Below, one piece after another: positions 30,159 through 40,952 of a stretch of DNA of 64,000 bases. Within the stretch, counting starts at the first letter, position 1, and every line of letters starts with the position of its first letter. The translations under genes were made by a program, and so were the position numbers. Below the pieces are notes generated by a model. It searched no databases. It saw only the letters and a list, made by a program, of their open reading frames with translations, and was not told where the DNA came from. Source of the stretch: an uncultured virus (IMG/VR IMGVR_UViG_3300021958_011310) (lineage: Duplodnaviria; Heunggongvirae; Uroviricota; Caudoviricetes); IMG/VR virus record IMGVR_UViG_3300021958_011310; one strand, 5' to 3'.

Positions 30159-31694
30159 ATGATATATAACTTAGAGCTTGAGCATCGATTGCTAGCTGGC
30201 TTATTAAAACACCCTGATCAATACGGGGCTATAGCCGATTTCATATCTGAAAAAGATTTTGCTTCTACCGAAGAAAACATTACAGGGACTGTATATATAG
30301 CTCTTAAATCTTTTTGCGAAAACAATAAAGGTGTAGACTTAATTGTTTTAAGTGAAAAAATTAAAAGTTTAGGAGTTTCTTTTGCTAACGGCATAGATAT
30401 ATCAAAATATTTACATTCTTTATCTATGCAAGCTATATCTGCCAATCAGGTTGTGCAGGTAGCCCAAGCTCTCAAAAAAGTTAGCGTAAGAAGAGAGATT
30501 TACTTAGCTTCAAAGAATACAGCTGAGCAAATGAAAAAGATGCATGAAGATTGCTCTTTTAACGAAATTGTTGAGGTTGCTGATAAATCTTTTAATGACA
30601 AAGTAAACATTTTTGATCTATCAGAAGATAGTTTTAGTAATATTTGCGGAGATGAAATGAGGGAATACATTGAGTTTTTAGGTGAAAATCCTAAAGATGA
30701 AATGGGATTAATGGGGCCTCACCAAATGATTAATGATTTATACGGTTCACTTTTAAGGCCGGGAAATATTACAGTTATTGTCGCTAGATCAGGAGTAGGG
30801 AAAACGACTTTCTGTTTGGATTATTGTGTTAAGGTAGCATTGCAACACAAAGTACCTGTACTTCATTTTGATAATGGCGAAATGAGCAGAAATGAATTAA
30901 TGATCCGTCAATGTTCAGCTATTTCTGGTGTTAGCCCTCATCTACTTGAAACAGGAAAATGGAGACAGGCGGGAGATGAAATAGTTAAAAAAGTTAGAGA
31001 TGGTTTTGATAAGGTTAAAAATCTCAAATTTCATTATCACGGTGTAGGAGGTTATTCTTTAGAAAGAATGATTAATGTTCTTAAAAGATTTTATTATAAA
31101 GAAGTGGGCAGAGGTAACCCGATGATATTTTCTTTTGATTATATTAAACCAACAGAAGAAACAAATAAAGCGGAATGGCAAACAATAGGAAAAATGGTTG
31201 ACACATTCAAAAGAACGATTCAGAGAGAAATTGTTTTTGAGGGTGAACCAATTATTCCTATGATAACCAGCATACAAAGCAATAGGTCAGGTATCGTTAC
31301 TAACCGTCAATCTAGAGATGTTAATGATGATGAAGGTATTGTTAGTGGATCAGATAGAGTTACTCAATATTGCTCCCATCTTTTTATCTTAAGAAGAAAA
31401 ACTGCTGACGAAGAGGTTCAGGAAACAGAGCGTTTTGGCAATCATAAATTGATAGCAGTTAAAACTCGACATCTAGGAAAGATGCCCCAGAGGGCTAACG
31501 CTTTAATACAAATGCCCGACAGAACTGTAAAGAATAGTATTCAGCTTGATATTAATAATTTTAATGTAGAGTGTAGAGGAGATCAGCAAGATATATCAGA
31601 CTTCTTAGACGCCCAAGATGAGTTTGTCCAAAACGATGAGCCAGAAGAAGACTTAAGGTCTTTCGAGAGAGGTGAAGTCCCTAACACAATATAA
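30159..31694 (+). CDS. dnaB: Replicative DNA helicase, DnaB-like
   Basis: ARSGVGKT, GEMS, FDYIK and QSNR motifs. Confidence 0.9.
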   Translation: MIYNLELEHRLLAGLLKHPDQYGAIADFISEKDFASTEENITGTVYIALKSFCENNKGVDLIVLSEKIKSLGVSFANGIDISKYLHSLSMQAISANQVVQVAQALKKVSVRREIYLASKNTAEQMKKMHEDCSFNEIVEVADKSFNDKVNIFDLSEDSFSNICGDEMREYIEFLGENPKDEMGLMGPHQMINDLYGSLLRPGNITVIVARSGVGKTTFCLDYCVKVALQHKVPVLHFDNGEMSRNELMIRQCSAISGVSPHLLETGKWRQAGDEIVKKVRDGFDKVKNLKFHYHGVGGYSLERMINVLKRFYYKEVGRGNPMIFSFDYIKPTEETNKAEWQTIGKMVDTFKRTIQREIVFEGEPIIPMITSIQSNRSGIVTNRQSRDVNDDEGIVSGSDRVTQYCSHLFILRRKTADEEVQETERFGNHKLIAVKTRHLGKMPQRANALIQMPDRTVKNSIQLDINNFNVECRGDQQDISDFLDAQDEFVQNDEPEEDLRSFERGEVPNTI

Positions 31695-31697
31695 CAA

Positions 31698-32777
31698 ATG
31701 AATACAGAAGATATTCAAGATGTGCTTCATAATTTAGGGTTCAAGCTTTTAGATAAAGGCGATTTCTGGACAACAAATGCTATATGGAGAAACGGAGATA
31801 ATAATACTGCTGTTCAAATATATAAGAATTCTGGCGTCTGGAGGGATTTCGTAGAAGGTATCCCCCCGAGCCCATTCGCAAGACTAGTGTCAAAAGTATT
31901 AGGGACTTCAAACCCCGATGTTTTAAAAAAATATGACATAACTAAAACAAAAACTAAAGACATATTTGAAAACGTTGACCGTAAACATAATATAAAAATG
32001 CCAAAAACATACGATACGTCTGTCATAAATAATTTTTTACCTCATTACAAGTTTTACAATAGTAAAGGTATATCTTCTGAAACCTTAAAGTCTTATAAGT
32101 CAGGATTTTCTACATTAGGAAGCATGAACAATAGATATGTTTTTCCTATTTTTAGTTTCGAAGACCCTAGCTCTTTAATAGGTTTTTCTGGTAGATCAAC
32201 CTTATGGAAACCTAATCAAGATAAAATACCAAAATGGAAGCATGTCGGACAAAAAAGAGACTGGGTTTATCCTTTGTGCTTAGGCAAAGACTTTAAAGAT
32301 AGTGTCAAGGAAAAAGAGGTTATTTATGTTGTTGAATCGATAGGGGATAGTTTAGCTTTAACTGAAAATGGGTTTAAAAATCATATAGTGACTTTTGGTC
32401 TAAGCTTAAGCGGCAACCAATTGGCATCAATATTAGCATTTAATCCTAAAAAAATCATTATTGTTATGAATAATGATAAAAGCAGCAAAGTGAACTCAGG
32501 CCTAGAAGCTTCAATTAAAATTTACATTTCTTTATTAGACTTTTTTGATATAGATAAAGTCTCAATAAAATTGCCTAAGTCAGGAGACTTGTCAGAGATA
32601 CATCAAAACAAAACTTTTAATGAGTGGACTGAAAAACAAATAAATGAAAAAGATCAGCGCAAACACATATTAGATTTTATTAAGAACCCTTTCCATAAAA
32701 AAATATTTTTAAAAAAAGCTAACTTGCATAAAAAAATAGAGTTGCTGTCTGCGCATTTAAACGAGGATACTTTTTAA
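31698..32777 (+). CDS. DNA primase (Toprim)
   Basis: RYVFPI, GFSGR, VVESIGD and NND motifs. Confidence 0.8.
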   Translation: MNTEDIQDVLHNLGFKLLDKGDFWTTNAIWRNGDNNTAVQIYKNSGVWRDFVEGIPPSPFARLVSKVLGTSNPDVLKKYDITKTKTKDIFENVDRKHNIKMPKTYDTSVINNFLPHYKFYNSKGISSETLKSYKSGFSTLGSMNNRYVFPIFSFEDPSSLIGFSGRSTLWKPNQDKIPKWKHVGQKRDWVYPLCLGKDFKDSVKEKEVIYVVESIGDSLALTENGFKNHIVTFGLSLSGNQLASILAFNPKKIIIVMNNDKSSKVNSGLEASIKIYISLLDFFDIDKVSIKLPKSGDLSEIHQNKTFNEWTEKQINEKDQRKHILDFIKNPFHKKIFLKKANLHKKIELLSAHLNEDTF

Positions 32778-33814
32778 TGAGCAAAATAGTTAAATTATCA
32801 GCAAGTAGAGTAAAAACTGCGCGAAGTTGCAGTTGGTTATATTGGGCAAAATATCACATGATGTTACCTGATAAAAAAAATGACGGTTCCTCTAGAGGTG
32901 ATATATGTCATGCTGTATTCGAATGTTTAGGCAAAGCAAATAGAAAAAGATACTACAATAAGATTATTAAAAACAAAGACTCCTTTTGTGTTCCATCTAT
33001 CAAAAGAATGGTTTTAAAAAAAGCCATAGGACACGGAGTCAATGACGAAGAAAATCTCACCATGATCAATGATATGATTGTGGCAGGATTAGAATATGAT
33101 TTTTACGGCAAAGATCTACAAAAACCGACAGAAGCATATTCTGAGTATGAGTTCGATTTAAAAATAGAAGAGCAAGGTAAACAATACCATATCAAAGGGT
33201 TTATTGATAAACTTTTCTTATACAAAAGTAAAAAGTTAGCTGTCATTAGAGATTTTAAAACTAGTAAAGCGGTTTTTCAAGGAAAAGAAGTTTCTGAAAA
33301 CTTGCAAAATTATATTTATTGCTTAGCTGTAAAACATTTGTTTCCAGAATATAAAGAACGAAGAATCGAATTTGTTTTTCTTAAGTTTGATTTGAAAAAC
33401 TCAGAAAACCCAGAAGGATTATTGAAGATGGAAAAAATTCCTTCCGATGATCTTGAAAAGTTTGAGCTGAATCTAAGTGAAGCTCAAAGGGATCTTGAAA
33501 AGTTTAACAAAGTCAGAGCTAAAAAAAGTTATGCTGCAGATAAAAAGGTAACTAAAGAAGACGGTTTTGCTGGACCAATTATGTGTGGGTTTGCAAGGTA
33601 TAGAGGTCAGCCTAAAAAAAACGGTCAACCGATGTGGCATTGCATGTACAAATTCCCTTTTGAATATTATGCTCTTTACAACGATTCGGGTAAACTGATT
33701 AAAAAAGTTTTTGCTGAAGATTATTTTGAGCTTGTCAAACTACAAAAAGAATGCTATACTATAGATAAGGAGCGCTACCAAGGTTGCCCTAGATGGAATA
33801 GAACTGATTATTGA
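32777..33814 (+). CDS. RecB/Cas4-like PD-(D/E)XK exonuclease
   Basis: LSASR..C, G...H, GFIDKL and RDFKT motifs; C-terminal cysteines. Confidence 0.8.
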   Translation: MSKIVKLSASRVKTARSCSWLYWAKYHMMLPDKKNDGSSRGDICHAVFECLGKANRKRYYNKIIKNKDSFCVPSIKRMVLKKAIGHGVNDEENLTMINDMIVAGLEYDFYGKDLQKPTEAYSEYEFDLKIEEQGKQYHIKGFIDKLFLYKSKKLAVIRDFKTSKAVFQGKEVSENLQNYIYCLAVKHLFPEYKERRIEFVFLKFDLKNSENPEGLLKMEKIPSDDLEKFELNLSEAQRDLEKFNKVRAKKSYAADKKVTKEDGFAGPIMCGFARYRGQPKKNGQPMWHCMYKFPFEYYALYNDSGKLIKKVFAEDYFELVKLQKECYTIDKERYQGCPRWNRTDY

Positions 33815-34563
33815 ATATGATACCCTTGTTCACAACCGATCATAGTATAGGAAAATCTATACTAAAATTTAAACCAACGAGACCAAATGGCCCCGATAGT
33901 GTTATAGATATTGCTAAACAACATGGTTTGGAAAAAGTCTTTTTATTGGAAAACAGAATGCATGGATTCCTTGATTACTTGAGATATTCTGAAAAAAGCG
34001 ATTTTGATTTTGTTTTTGGTTTAAGGCTTCAGGTAGCTAGTGATTTCGAGAAAAAGAGCTCACACAGAATAAATATATTTGCAAAAAATAATCAAGGCAT
34101 AAAACTCTTATATAAGATATACTCCTTAGCTTTTAGCGAAAGGGATGGTAGAGTTTGCGAACAAGATATTTTAAAGTTTTGGAGTTCTGATGATTTGCTG
34201 TTAGCTATACCTTTTTATGATTCGTATGTTTATTACAATAACCTAACTTTTGAAAACTTTATCCCTGATTTCAGTAAATTCGGTAGCGTTACAATGTTTA
34301 CGGAAGATAATGGTCTGCCTTTCGATAACATTCTTAGAGAAAAAGTAAAGGTAGCTGCTAATTATTACGGAGCAACAACGCAAGAAGTAAAATCTATATA
34401 TTATAAAGATAGAAAAGATTTTGCCGCATACCAAGTCCGCAGAATTATTGACGCAAGGCAAGGAGCTAGAACAAGCAGCTTAAGTAAGCCGAATTTAGAA
34501 TCGTGCGGAAGTGCAGAATTTAGTTTTGAAAGTTGGCTTGATCATGAAAAAGAAACTGTTTAA
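33811..34563 (+). CDS. Stand-alone PHP domain of DNA polymerase III alpha
   Basis: HSIGKSIL, FGLRL and FAKNNQGIKLLYKI motifs resemble the DnaE N-terminus. Confidence 0.7.
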   Translation: MNMIPLFTTDHSIGKSILKFKPTRPNGPDSVIDIAKQHGLEKVFLLENRMHGFLDYLRYSEKSDFDFVFGLRLQVASDFEKKSSHRINIFAKNNQGIKLLYKIYSLAFSERDGRVCEQDILKFWSSDDLLLAIPFYDSYVYYNNLTFENFIPDFSKFGSVTMFTEDNGLPFDNILREKVKVAANYYGATTQEVKSIYYKDRKDFAAYQVRRIIDARQGARTSSLSKPNLESCGSAEFSFESWLDHEKETV

Positions 34564-34966
34564 ATCTGAAAAAATATATATCGGTCAATCTCAAACTCAT
34601 GGATATGGGGTTTTTTGCAATCAGGATATTAAAAAGGGAGAGTTAATAGAAGAATGTTATTATCTAACACCTAATAGATCAAAGTGGCAAGATTTAGACG
34701 AAACATTTTTAAATTATTTTTTTGCTATCCCCTGTTTACAAGATGGCCACGCTGAGTTTGCAGACAAAAACGGAGGCGTCAATATTGGTCACATTACTAG
34801 ACCGGTATGTGTTTTAGGCTCCGGTATGATTTTTAACCACTCTAAAAATGCTAATGTAGACTATACGTATTTTGAACCAAGCCAAATATTTTCCTATAGG
34901 GCTAATAGGTCAATAAAACAAGGGGCAGAACTTTTTGTAGAATACAACGAATACTCTAAATTTTAA
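34544..34966 (+). CDS. SET-domain protein (lysine methyltransferase-like)
   Basis: HGYGVF..IKKGELIE, IFNHS..AN and IKQGAELFVEY motifs. Confidence 0.85.
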   Translation: MKKKLFKSEKIYIGQSQTHGYGVFCNQDIKKGELIEECYYLTPNRSKWQDLDETFLNYFFAIPCLQDGHAEFADKNGGVNIGHITRPVCVLGSGMIFNHSKNANVDYTYFEPSQIFSYRANRSIKQGAELFVEYNEYSKF

Positions 34967-34967
34967 A

Positions 34968-35603
34968 ATGACAAATAACTTGCTAAGATACAAAAAAGAC
35001 CAAAAGTATATAGTCTTCGACTATGAAACAGAAGGTCTTAACTTGTATTACTCCAAACCTTTTCAACTATCTTTCGTTATAGCGCAAAATAAAAAGATAA
35101 TAAAAAAGGTAGATAACTATATAAATTGGCCTAATTTTAAAATTAGCGACGAAGCCGCTAAAGTTACTAAGTTTAACATCAACGTATACAATAAGCTGAA
35201 AAAAGACGCGAAAGAAGTTTTAAAAGAATTTGACCAGTACCTTTATGATCCAGAATACATGGTTGTGGGTCATAACATAGCAAATTACGATGTATATATA
35301 CATAACACTCACAGAAGGCTTACAGGGCACTCTACAGACTACAGTTATATGGATAGAGTTTTAGACACAAACTGCTTGGCTAAATCTTATAAATGTGATA
35401 TACCTAAAGACGTAAATGATAACCTACTTCAATGGCAACAAAAGCTTATAAGCTTTCGTAAAAAAGGAGTAAAAACTAATCAAGCCGCTATGCTAAAAGA
35501 ATTTAATATAGATTTTGATCCAGATAAGCTTCACAATTCGCTGTATGATGTAGAAAAGAATGCTGAAATGTTTTTTCAACTTTTATGGAAGGTGGATATA
35601 TGA
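34968..35603 (+). CDS. DEDDh 3'-5' exonuclease (DnaQ-like)
   Basis: FDYETEGL, GHNIANYD and LHNSLYDV motifs. Confidence 0.85.
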   Translation: MTNNLLRYKKDQKYIVFDYETEGLNLYYSKPFQLSFVIAQNKKIIKKVDNYINWPNFKISDEAAKVTKFNINVYNKLKKDAKEVLKEFDQYLYDPEYMVVGHNIANYDVYIHNTHRRLTGHSTDYSYMDRVLDTNCLAKSYKCDIPKDVNDNLLQWQQKLISFRKKGVKTNQAAMLKEFNIDFDPDKLHNSLYDVEKNAEMFFQLLWKVDI

Positions 35604-38161
35604 GCTTTAGTGATAATTTTTCAAAATACGATGATTGTGCCCCTGCAGGAGTAGTGTTACCTGTGATTGAGATAGAAGAAAAATGGTACAATAAACTCAA
35701 TATAGATAAATCTTCATCTAATGACACTTTTTTATTGCACCTTTGTTTAATGTGTTTCAAGCAAAAAGGTTTAGATAAAAAAGAAAATAAGCAAGTCTAC
35801 GTAGATAGGATAAAAAAGGAATACAAAATTCTACAAAAATTAGGTTTTATCGATTATATCTTGCTTAATTGGGACATTTTAAACTGGTGTCATGAACAAG
35901 AGATTCCTACTGGAGCAGGTAGGGGTAGTGCTGCAGGATCTTTGATCCTGTACCTTTTAGATGTTACAAAAGTTGACCCAGTAAAACATGGTTTATTTTT
36001 CGAGAGGTTTGTTTCTGAGAGCAGAGCTAGAAAAATAGAAAAAAACGGTATAACATATCTAGATGGAAGTTTGCTTGCAGATGTTGATAACGATATTGCT
36101 TTTGACCGAAGGCAAGAAGTTATAGATTATATTGGTAAAAGGCACCCAGAAAGAACAGGTCGAATTTTAAACTTGGTGACCCTTAGTGGTAAAATATGTA
36201 TCAAAGAAGTAGGTAAAATAGTTGGAGATTACACGGAACAAGAAATGAACGGTGTTAGCGATTTAATACCGTCTCATTTTGGTAAGGTAGCAAAGTTAGC
36301 GGAAGCTTTCGAGGAAAGCGAGCACTTTAAAAAGTGGGCAACGGAAAATCCTAAAGTTTTTACTGTGGCTCAAAAATTAGAAGGCTTAATTAAAAACACT
36401 GGAGTACATGCTTCGGGTATAGCTATTTCAAGCGAAAAATTAACAAATATATGCCCCACCCAAAGCACTAAAGAAGGTCACCTCATAACATGTTACGATA
36501 TGAATTCCACCGCTGATCTTAGTGTTAAATTTGATATTTTAGGTCTTAAAACTTTATCTGTACTTAAAGATGCTTGTGATAATGCAGGGGTGAATTTAGA
36601 TTCGATAAATGTAGAAGAGCCTGATTTATACAAGCATTTTCAAGAGCTTGATTGCTCTCAGGGGCTCTTTCAAATTGAAGCGGATACAAATTTACATGTT
36701 TGCAGAACAGTTAGACCCAGAAACTTAGAAGAGGTTTCAGCTGTGGTAGCTATAGCCAGACCCGGAGCCTTACAGTTTAAAGATGACTTTGCTGAATATG
36801 TTCAAACTGGAGATTTTCAAACTCAGCATTCTTTGTTTAATGATATTTTATCTTATACAGCTGGCATCCCCCTTTATCAAGAGCAACTAATGCAAATGGC
36901 AGTAAAAATTGGCTTCAGCCTTGACGAAGCAGAACAACTTAGAAGAATTGTTGGCAAAAAAAAGGTTGATCAAATGCCTGCGTGGAAGCAAAAGATTTCA
37001 GATAAAATTAAAGAGAATGGTATAGATGAAATAGCTGGTAAAATTTTATGGAAGGTTGCTGAAGATTCAGCGAATTATTCTTTTAACAAATCTCACTCTA
37101 TTGCTTATGCTATCTTAGCTATGAAAACTGTATATATGAAATTCAATCATCCTTTAGATTTTCATATTGCCTTGCTTAGAAACTCCAAGCACGAACAAGA
37201 TCCTTATGACATTATAGATAAAATACAAAAAGATCTATCCATGATGAACATAAAGCTTCTTCCTCCTGATTTAGCAAAAAGTGAAATGGATTTTAGCAAA
37301 GAGGATAATAATATTAGATATGGTTTAAACTCCATAAAAGGCATAAGTGAAAAAACCTTACAAGCAATAATAGATTTCAGAAAAGAAGAGTGCCCGGATT
37401 TAATGAGCATGTTTGTCGCAGCAAAACAAGCTAAAATTAATATTGCTGTATTAAGCAGCTTGATTCAAGCTGGTGCTTTAAATAGTTTAGTTGACGGCAA
37501 AAGAAGTAAAGCTGCGCTGGAAGCGCAGTTATTTAACACTCTTACGGACAGGGAAAAACGAATATTTATGAATCTCGGTTCTAAATATGATTATAGTTGC
37601 ATAAAAATCTGGGAAAAAGAAATCGTAAATGGTCCCAACATAGGGGACGATGGTAAACCTTTGATTAAACCCGGCAGGCAAGAAACTATAAAAAATAAAA
37701 TGGCTCCTTGTATCGAGATATATAAACATAACAAATCGAATCCTGATTTTGCCAATTGGTTTTTTGAAAAGAAATTGTTAGGGTACAATTATTCCTCTAG
37801 ATTAAAAGATTGTTTATCTAAAAAATACCTAACTAGAGGTTTAGAGGAGTTAAGAGGCGAATCTGAGAAGGTTAATTTTAGGTCAGTCGGCATAGTAAAA
37901 GAATCTTCTTTAAAAAGAACTAGAAGTAGCAACAAAAGATACTTAACATTTGTATTATCTGATGAGAGAAACGAGGCTAAGTGTTTCCTTTGGCAAGAAG
38001 GGCTAGAAAAACTAGAAAAAAACAATCAAAAAGTGCCGCAAAAAGATGATATTGTTGTAGTGGTGGGACAAACAATGCCGGACCAAGCCTTAACCGTGCG
38101 TGACATAAAAGTATTTGATACAAAAATTTACATGAAAATGAAGGATTTGAAAAGCTCATGA
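35600..38161 (+). CDS. dnaE: DNA polymerase III alpha subunit (lacking the PHP domain)
   Basis: GRGSAAGS, FERF, DVDND, KFDILGL and FNKSH motifs. Confidence 0.93.
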   Translation: MSFSDNFSKYDDCAPAGVVLPVIEIEEKWYNKLNIDKSSSNDTFLLHLCLMCFKQKGLDKKENKQVYVDRIKKEYKILQKLGFIDYILLNWDILNWCHEQEIPTGAGRGSAAGSLILYLLDVTKVDPVKHGLFFERFVSESRARKIEKNGITYLDGSLLADVDNDIAFDRRQEVIDYIGKRHPERTGRILNLVTLSGKICIKEVGKIVGDYTEQEMNGVSDLIPSHFGKVAKLAEAFEESEHFKKWATENPKVFTVAQKLEGLIKNTGVHASGIAISSEKLTNICPTQSTKEGHLITCYDMNSTADLSVKFDILGLKTLSVLKDACDNAGVNLDSINVEEPDLYKHFQELDCSQGLFQIEADTNLHVCRTVRPRNLEEVSAVVAIARPGALQFKDDFAEYVQTGDFQTQHSLFNDILSYTAGIPLYQEQLMQMAVKIGFSLDEAEQLRRIVGKKKVDQMPAWKQKISDKIKENGIDEIAGKILWKVAEDSANYSFNKSHSIAYAILAMKTVYMKFNHPLDFHIALLRNSKHEQDPYDIIDKIQKDLSMMNIKLLPPDLAKSEMDFSKEDNNIRYGLNSIKGISEKTLQAIIDFRKEECPDLMSMFVAAKQAKINIAVLSSLIQAGALNSLVDGKRSKAALEAQLFNTLTDREKRIFMNLGSKYDYSCIKIWEKEIVNGPNIGDDGKPLIKPGRQETIKNKMAPCIEIYKHNKSNPDFANWFFEKKLLGYNYSSRLKDCLSKKYLTRGLEELRGESEKVNFRSVGIVKESSLKRTRSSNKRYLTFVLSDERNEAKCFLWQEGLEKLEKNNQKVPQKDDIVVVVGQTMPDQALTVRDIKVFDTKIYMKMKDLKSS

Positions 38162-40572
38162 AAAATTATTCTTTTACAAATAGATCACAATGGCTTTATA
38201 ACAAAGCTGCAAAGATATGTAGTGAACTAAAACAAAAGCAAGTAACCGTAGAGCATCTGATCGCAGCGTTTTTCTTTTGTGAAGAATCTAAGTCTATCAG
38301 GATCTTATCAGAAATAGGTTTCGATTATGAAAGCTTTAGAACATGGATTGTTGAAGATTTTTTTCAAGAGCCGAGCGATGAAGCTAAAAAAAATAAAATC
38401 CTAACTGTAAGTGCATCCAAAGAGATTATAGATATTTTCCAAACCGCAAAGGAGTTTTCTCAGGAATGTGATGACGGGTGGGTATCTATCGATCATATTT
38501 TTATAGGTATTATTTCTAATATAGATTCCGTCAATACTGCGGTTGCAGAAAAAATGGACTTTGATTATGAAGAATACGAAGAACGAATAATAAAATATTT
38601 TAATAATGAGACCTTTGTCGAAGAGCCTTTAGAACAAAAGGCTGAATCAAAAAAGAATAAAGGCAGCAAAAAAAACATTCTTGACCGCTGTTGCATTAAT
38701 CTGACATCTAAATGTCAAGAGTTAGAATACAGAATAAAAGGCAGAGATCAAGACCTTGAAAAAATGCAATACATCCTCAATCGCAAAACAAAAAATAATG
38801 TTTTGATAGTAGGTGATTCAGGTGTCGGTAAAACAGCCTTAGTCGAATATCTCGCCCACTCCATAGCCTCTAACTCATGCAATGTTTTATTGTCAGACAA
38901 ACAAATTTATTTGCTGAATTTGAATTCTTTAGTTTCAGGAACTAAGTATCGTGGGGATTTTGAGAGAAAAATGCAGAGTGTTATTGACGAATGCAAAAAC
39001 TCTAATATCATTCTTTATATTGACGAAATTCACACCTTAGTTGGCGCAGGAGATGCCGAAGGAGGCTTAGATGCAGCTAACAGTTTAAAACCTTATTTAT
39101 CAAATGGCGAGATAACTGTAATAGGATCTACCACATACGAAGAATATCGTAAAAAAATACACAAAGATAAAGCTTTAAGCAGAAGGTTCGATTTAATTAA
39201 CCTCAAGGCTCCATCAGCAAAAGAAACTTTAAACATATTAAGAAATAAAAAAGATTATTTCATTGATTACCATGGTGTTTCTATTGATGATCAAATTTTG
39301 ATTGATATTATTGATCTCGCAGATAAACACATAAGAGATACTAATTTCCCAGATAAAGCAATCGATCTTTTAGATTTGGCATGTAGCCACTGTAAAGTAC
39401 AAAAGACCCATAAACCAAAATCCCTTTTAGAAAAGGAGGCTGAAGTTGTAAATGTCTTGGTTGATATGGCATGCAAAAACAAAAAAGAACAAAACAAAGC
39501 ATTAGAAAAACTTTCTGTTTCAGGCTTTAAACAGGAATACGAAAAATGGCTTGCTAAAATTGATTCATCTAACGTAATAGGTAAGTTATCAATAACTCAT
39601 GTTATAGATGCTCTATGCCATAAGACTGGAATACCAAAAGATAAGTTTAGCAAAAAAAACAAGAACAAATATATTAATCTAGAAAAAGAGATTAAAAAAG
39701 ATATTGTCGGCCAAGACGAAGCGATCTCTAAAATAACCAAATGTTTATTGCGTTATAAAAGCGGCTTAAGAGATATCAAAAAACCTATAGGTAGTTTTTT
39801 ATTTTTAGGCTCTACTGGCGTAGGTAAAACTTTTTTAGCAAAAACTTTAGCCAATAAAATGTTTATAGCTGAAGATAATTTTGTTAGATTTGATATGTCA
39901 GAATTTTCAGAAGAGCAGAGTATTTCTAAGCTGATAGGGAGTAGTCCGGGTTATGTTGGTCACGATAGAGGAGGGTTACTTATTGAAAAAGTTTGCCAGA
40001 ATCCTCATACTTTAATTTTATTTGACGAGATAGAAAAAAGTCACCCTAAAGTTCAAAAGGTTTTGTTGCAAATTCTAGAAGAAGGGGAGCTCACAGATTC
40101 TATAGGGAGAAAAGCTGATTTTAATAACTGTGTTATTATTGTTACAGGTAATATAGGATCTAGCCAACTATCACAAAAAACAATGCTTGGATTTAAGCCT
40201 AATATACCAAGTGAAGACATTAAGGAAGAAGCTTTTAAAACTTTAAAAAAACATATGGCCCTTGAACTTATGAACAGGTTTGATGAAATCGTATTTTTTA
40301 ACGACTTTACGGAGGAAGGGGTGAAAAAAATAATTAAAAAAGAACTTAACTTTTTTTCTCAGGTCAATGGTACAAAAATTAATTATAATGCATCTTTGAT
40401 AGATTTTATTCACAAAAAGAATAATAAAAAAGAGTTTGGCGCTAGGCAAATTAAAAGAATTATACAGAATGAAGTATTAGACCTTTTATCTATTTTTCTT
40501 TTAAATTATTCCGGCAAGAAAAGCGTGTCAGTTTATTTTTCACCAAAAACTAATAAAGTGGAGATCAAATAA
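38158..40572 (+). CDS. ClpA/ClpB/ClpC-family AAA+ ATPase
   Basis: Two Walker A motifs (GDSGVGKT, GSTGVGKT), IDEIH, FPDKAIDL and GARQ. Confidence 0.92.
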   Translation: MKNYSFTNRSQWLYNKAAKICSELKQKQVTVEHLIAAFFFCEESKSIRILSEIGFDYESFRTWIVEDFFQEPSDEAKKNKILTVSASKEIIDIFQTAKEFSQECDDGWVSIDHIFIGIISNIDSVNTAVAEKMDFDYEEYEERIIKYFNNETFVEEPLEQKAESKKNKGSKKNILDRCCINLTSKCQELEYRIKGRDQDLEKMQYILNRKTKNNVLIVGDSGVGKTALVEYLAHSIASNSCNVLLSDKQIYLLNLNSLVSGTKYRGDFERKMQSVIDECKNSNIILYIDEIHTLVGAGDAEGGLDAANSLKPYLSNGEITVIGSTTYEEYRKKIHKDKALSRRFDLINLKAPSAKETLNILRNKKDYFIDYHGVSIDDQILIDIIDLADKHIRDTNFPDKAIDLLDLACSHCKVQKTHKPKSLLEKEAEVVNVLVDMACKNKKEQNKALEKLSVSGFKQEYEKWLAKIDSSNVIGKLSITHVIDALCHKTGIPKDKFSKKNKNKYINLEKEIKKDIVGQDEAISKITKCLLRYKSGLRDIKKPIGSFLFLGSTGVGKTFLAKTLANKMFIAEDNFVRFDMSEFSEEQSISKLIGSSPGYVGHDRGGLLIEKVCQNPHTLILFDEIEKSHPKVQKVLLQILEEGELTDSIGRKADFNNCVIIVTGNIGSSQLSQKTMLGFKPNIPSEDIKEEAFKTLKKHMALELMNRFDEIVFFNDFTEEGVKKIIKKELNFFSQVNGTKINYNASLIDFIHKKNNKKEFGARQIKRIIQNEVLDLLSIFLLNYSGKKSVSVYFSPKTNKVEIK

Positions 40573-40685
40573 TTAAAAAAAGTGTAATCTATATTAAATG
40601 TTATTCGTCATAATAGCTATAGCGCTTTCAACAATATTGGGGGCGTTAATTTTTAAACAAGCAACAAAACATTACTTAGATTAAT

Positions 40686-40952
40686 ATGAGTATAGAATAT
40701 GCGGGAAATAATCCGATGATATTGTCTAGTATTATTCACGGAGAAACAGATACAGGATTTTTAGCTACAGGTTATAAGCCCCAAATTACAGGTTTACTTT
40801 CTACGGGTAATATTGGTGACGAAGCTGTTTTAAGGGATCATATAGGCAGAGAATACTTTAAAAAGCTTCATTATAATAATTTGGGCAGCTTTATTACAGA
40901 TGATTATGACGAAGGATTTAGACCTTTAACTTTCACAGGACTTTACGCATAA
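40686..40952 (+). CDS. Hypothetical protein
   Basis: ORF downstream of a GTGTAAT motif. Confidence 0.55.
   Translation: MSIEYAGNNPMILSSIIHGETDTGFLATGYKPQITGLLSTGNIGDEAVLRDHIGREYFKKLHYNNLGSFITDDYDEGFRPLTFTGLYA

Noticed and set aside
32777..33814. Cas4 as part of a CRISPR system
   Set aside because: It sits in the replication operon with no array or other cas genes, so it is a typical phage exonuclease
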